Part shown: positions 62,466-64,000 of the stretch, piece by piece | Numbering within the stretch: the first letter of the stretch is position 1 | Layout: every line of letters starts with the position of its first letter | Assembly: GCA_017449065.1 (NCBI GenBank) | Contig: JAFSKF010000049.1 | Coordinates: 3,630 to 67,629, forward strand | Direction of reading: 5' to 3' | DNA: 64,000 nucleotides | Source: Bacteroidales bacterium | GTDB taxonomy: Bacteria; Bacteroidota; Bacteroidia; Bacteroidales; UBA3663 | Translations under genes and position numbers: made by a program | Notes under the pieces: model-generated | Told to the model about the DNA's origin: nothing | Databases searched by the model: none | Seen by the model: only the letters and a program-made list of their open reading frames with translations

Positions 62466-63977
62466 AAAATTGCATCCTACTGCAAGGCCAAGCCGCTGCC
62501 GGTAGGTGTCTTCCCAATGGAAAGTGGTGTCCCAGGCTTTCAGCCAGTTTGCCTGAAGCGTCACGTAAAGCCTCACGGGAGCTTGCTTCAATTGCCTGCC
62601 GTATTCGCACGATAAACCGATGTTCCCCTGCCGGGCAATCAGATAGTCAGCATGCTGGTTCAGCAGGAGGTCGGAAGTATAGAGGTTCGTACTGGCAATG
62701 TTCTCCGAATCGCTGTACAAACCGTCGTCTGCACGATTGCCTCCGCCCTGACTGTAACCCGTCTGCAAAGTCAGCGACCAGTCGTTAACCGATTGCCGCC
62801 AGAGCCGTCGGGCAGACAGATTGATGCTCGAATAGTGCAGGTCCTGCTGGCGATAGTAGGGATAGTAGCTGGCAATCAGGCCTCGGTTGGCGTGTGTGAA
62901 GCTGGCATCGAGCATCCAGTCGCTGAGGGTGCACTGGTAGGAGAGCATCACATCGAACCAGTCGCGACGACAGGTTTCCAGTTTTCCGTAATAGCTGTAT
63001 TCGTTCACGCCGCCGGTATCGGTGGTGTATTGGAACAGTTTCCGCTCGTTGGTCACATGACTGCCTGTCAGACCGAATCCGACCTGATGGCATCCGATGC
63101 CTATCCGGGTGCGATAGCTCCAGTGGATACCTTCGTGTTCCATGAAAACTGGTGTGAACAGCGATTTTCTGCCATAATAGCCAGAGGCATAGTCGAAGTG
63201 CAGATCGTTGTACCAGTTCAGACCGCCACAGTCCCTTGCATTGAGCTGCCAATCGGTTCCGAAACGGTTTTCCACCCAAGGGCGACCCACGTTTTCGTCC
63301 GTCAGTCCATAGCTCGAACTGTATTCCGAAACACCGAATGCACCGCCATAGTCAATAAGAGAAAGGAATTTCCTGTCGGTTGTTCCGAAGGTGCGGAAGG
63401 TCAGTTCTTCGATGGTTCGCCGGTAATTGAAGTCTGCACCGAGGCTCCATCGGTAGTTGAGATGCCACAAGAGGCCTGCCGTGGCGGTCAGGTCCATCAG
63501 TTTGTTCTGATGGCGGAGGTCCTTCTGCTTGGCGTAGTTCGCTGAAGTCAGATCCATGCGGAACCCAAGGGCCAACCGATGGAACTCGGCACTCACGCCA
63601 CCTGCAAGCCTATAGGTTTCCAGATTCTTGGTTCCGGCGTTCTCGCGGGTAGGCTCTATGATGTCGAAGGGCCGTTCTTCCGGATAGATCCACACCGATC
63701 CGCTCATCTTCCGGCCCGTGAAGTTCGTGTATTCCACTTGTCCGTCGAGCACCCACCGTGAATCGACCCGATAGACCGAAGCGGCACGGGCACCCCATTG
63801 GTAGCTGTCAGCTGATCCGGAATAGTCGATCCAATGTCCGTTATCCTTATGCACGAAGGTCTCGGCATAGCTTACCTGCTCTGTGCTGTCGGGGAGCAGA
63901 CAGAGTTCAGCGGCATTCGGGCTGGATAGCCAGGCACTAGTCGCGAAGAGCAGATTGATAACGTTCGAAGAAATCAT
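62463..63977 (-). CDS. Outer-membrane beta-barrel protein (DUF6850-like from memory)
   Basis: 504 aa with alternating beta-strand-like pattern, rich in Tyr/Trp/Gly, ending ...LGLAVGCNF (aromatic C-terminus). The frame stays open upstream of ATG 63977 to the window edge (RILIILP-M...), so the true start may lie outside the window. Confidence 0.65.
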   Translation of the reverse strand: MISSNVINLLFATSAWLSSPNAAELCLLPDSTEQVSYAETFVHKDNGHWIDYSGSADSYQWGARAASVYRVDSRWVLDGQVEYTNFTGRKMSGSVWIYPEERPFDIIEPTRENAGTKNLETYRLAGGVSAEFHRLALGFRMDLTSANYAKQKDLRHQNKLMDLTATAGLLWHLNYRWSLGADFNYRRTIEELTFRTFGTTDRKFLSLIDYGGAFGVSEYSSSYGLTDENVGRPWVENRFGTDWQLNARDCGGLNWYNDLHFDYASGYYGRKSLFTPVFMEHEGIHWSYRTRIGIGCHQVGFGLTGSHVTNERKLFQYTTDTGGVNEYSYYGKLETCRRDWFDVMLSYQCTLSDWMLDASFTHANRGLIASYYPYYRQQDLHYSSINLSARRLWRQSVNDWSLTLQTGYSQGGGNRADDGLYSDSENIASTNLYTSDLLLNQHADYLIARQGNIGLSCEYGRQLKQAPVRLYVTLQANWLKAWDTTFHWEDTYRQRLGLAVGCNF

Positions 63978-64000
63978 TGGTAGAATTATTAGTATCCTGA

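Noticed and set aside
1-64000. tRNA, rRNA, tmRNA, CRISPR-Cas, integrase/transposase, prophage or conjugative genes
   Set aside because: I scanned by eye for T-arm-like GGTTCGAAT/GTTCAAAT strings, rRNA-like conserved blocks, spaced direct repeats and recombinase motifs and found none. A proper tRNAscan/Infernal run is still advisable.

Overview
This 64-kb chromosomal window reads as Bacteroidota, most likely a Prevotella/Segatella-like gut or rumen bacterium. That is an inference from two SusC/SusD pairs, six proteins ending in a T9SS-type C-terminal sorting domain, TAnnTTTG -7 promoter boxes ahead of most operons, and a GT3-type glycogen synthase. Gene order: (i) 0.1-4.8 kb: envelope glycosyltransferases (2x GT4, GT2) with an OmpA-family protein. 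(ii) 5.0-9.3 kb: glycogen synthase and alpha-glucan phosphorylase. (iii) 10-20 kb: xylan-degrading enzyme operon (GH10-CE1 fusion, tandem GH43-CBM6 x2, a T9SS-secreted GH10 with autotransporter-like beta-strand repeats, GH31). (iv) RNase R. (v) 22.7-52.2 kb: pectin-type polysaccharide utilization locus with two SusC/SusD pairs, three fasciclin-like surface lipoproteins, a beta-helix-like T9SS protein, GH28, PL1, CE8, and a membrane-tethered propeller/Y_Y_Y-AraC regulator lacking kinase and receiver modules. (vi) An AT-rich Gp49/HigA-type toxin-antitoxin remnant whose toxin carries two in-frame stops. (vii) 53.2-58.8 kb: a palindromic duplication of two T9SS surface-protein genes, each followed by an unannotated ~50-aa ORF. 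(viii) 59-64 kb: an uncharacterised envelope ABC cluster (OM beta-barrel, Cys/His lipoprotein, atypical ATPase, multi-TM protein, DUF4857-like protein). The intergenic DNA is unusually structured: an 8 x 41-bp tandem array between divergent pectin promoters, 22-bp triplet repeats, and six short-period (mostly 9-bp) tandem arrays that begin at or within a few nt of stop codons. I recognised no rRNA, tRNA, CRISPR, transposase or integrase. All family names are from reading the translations by eye and need HMM or BLAST confirmation.
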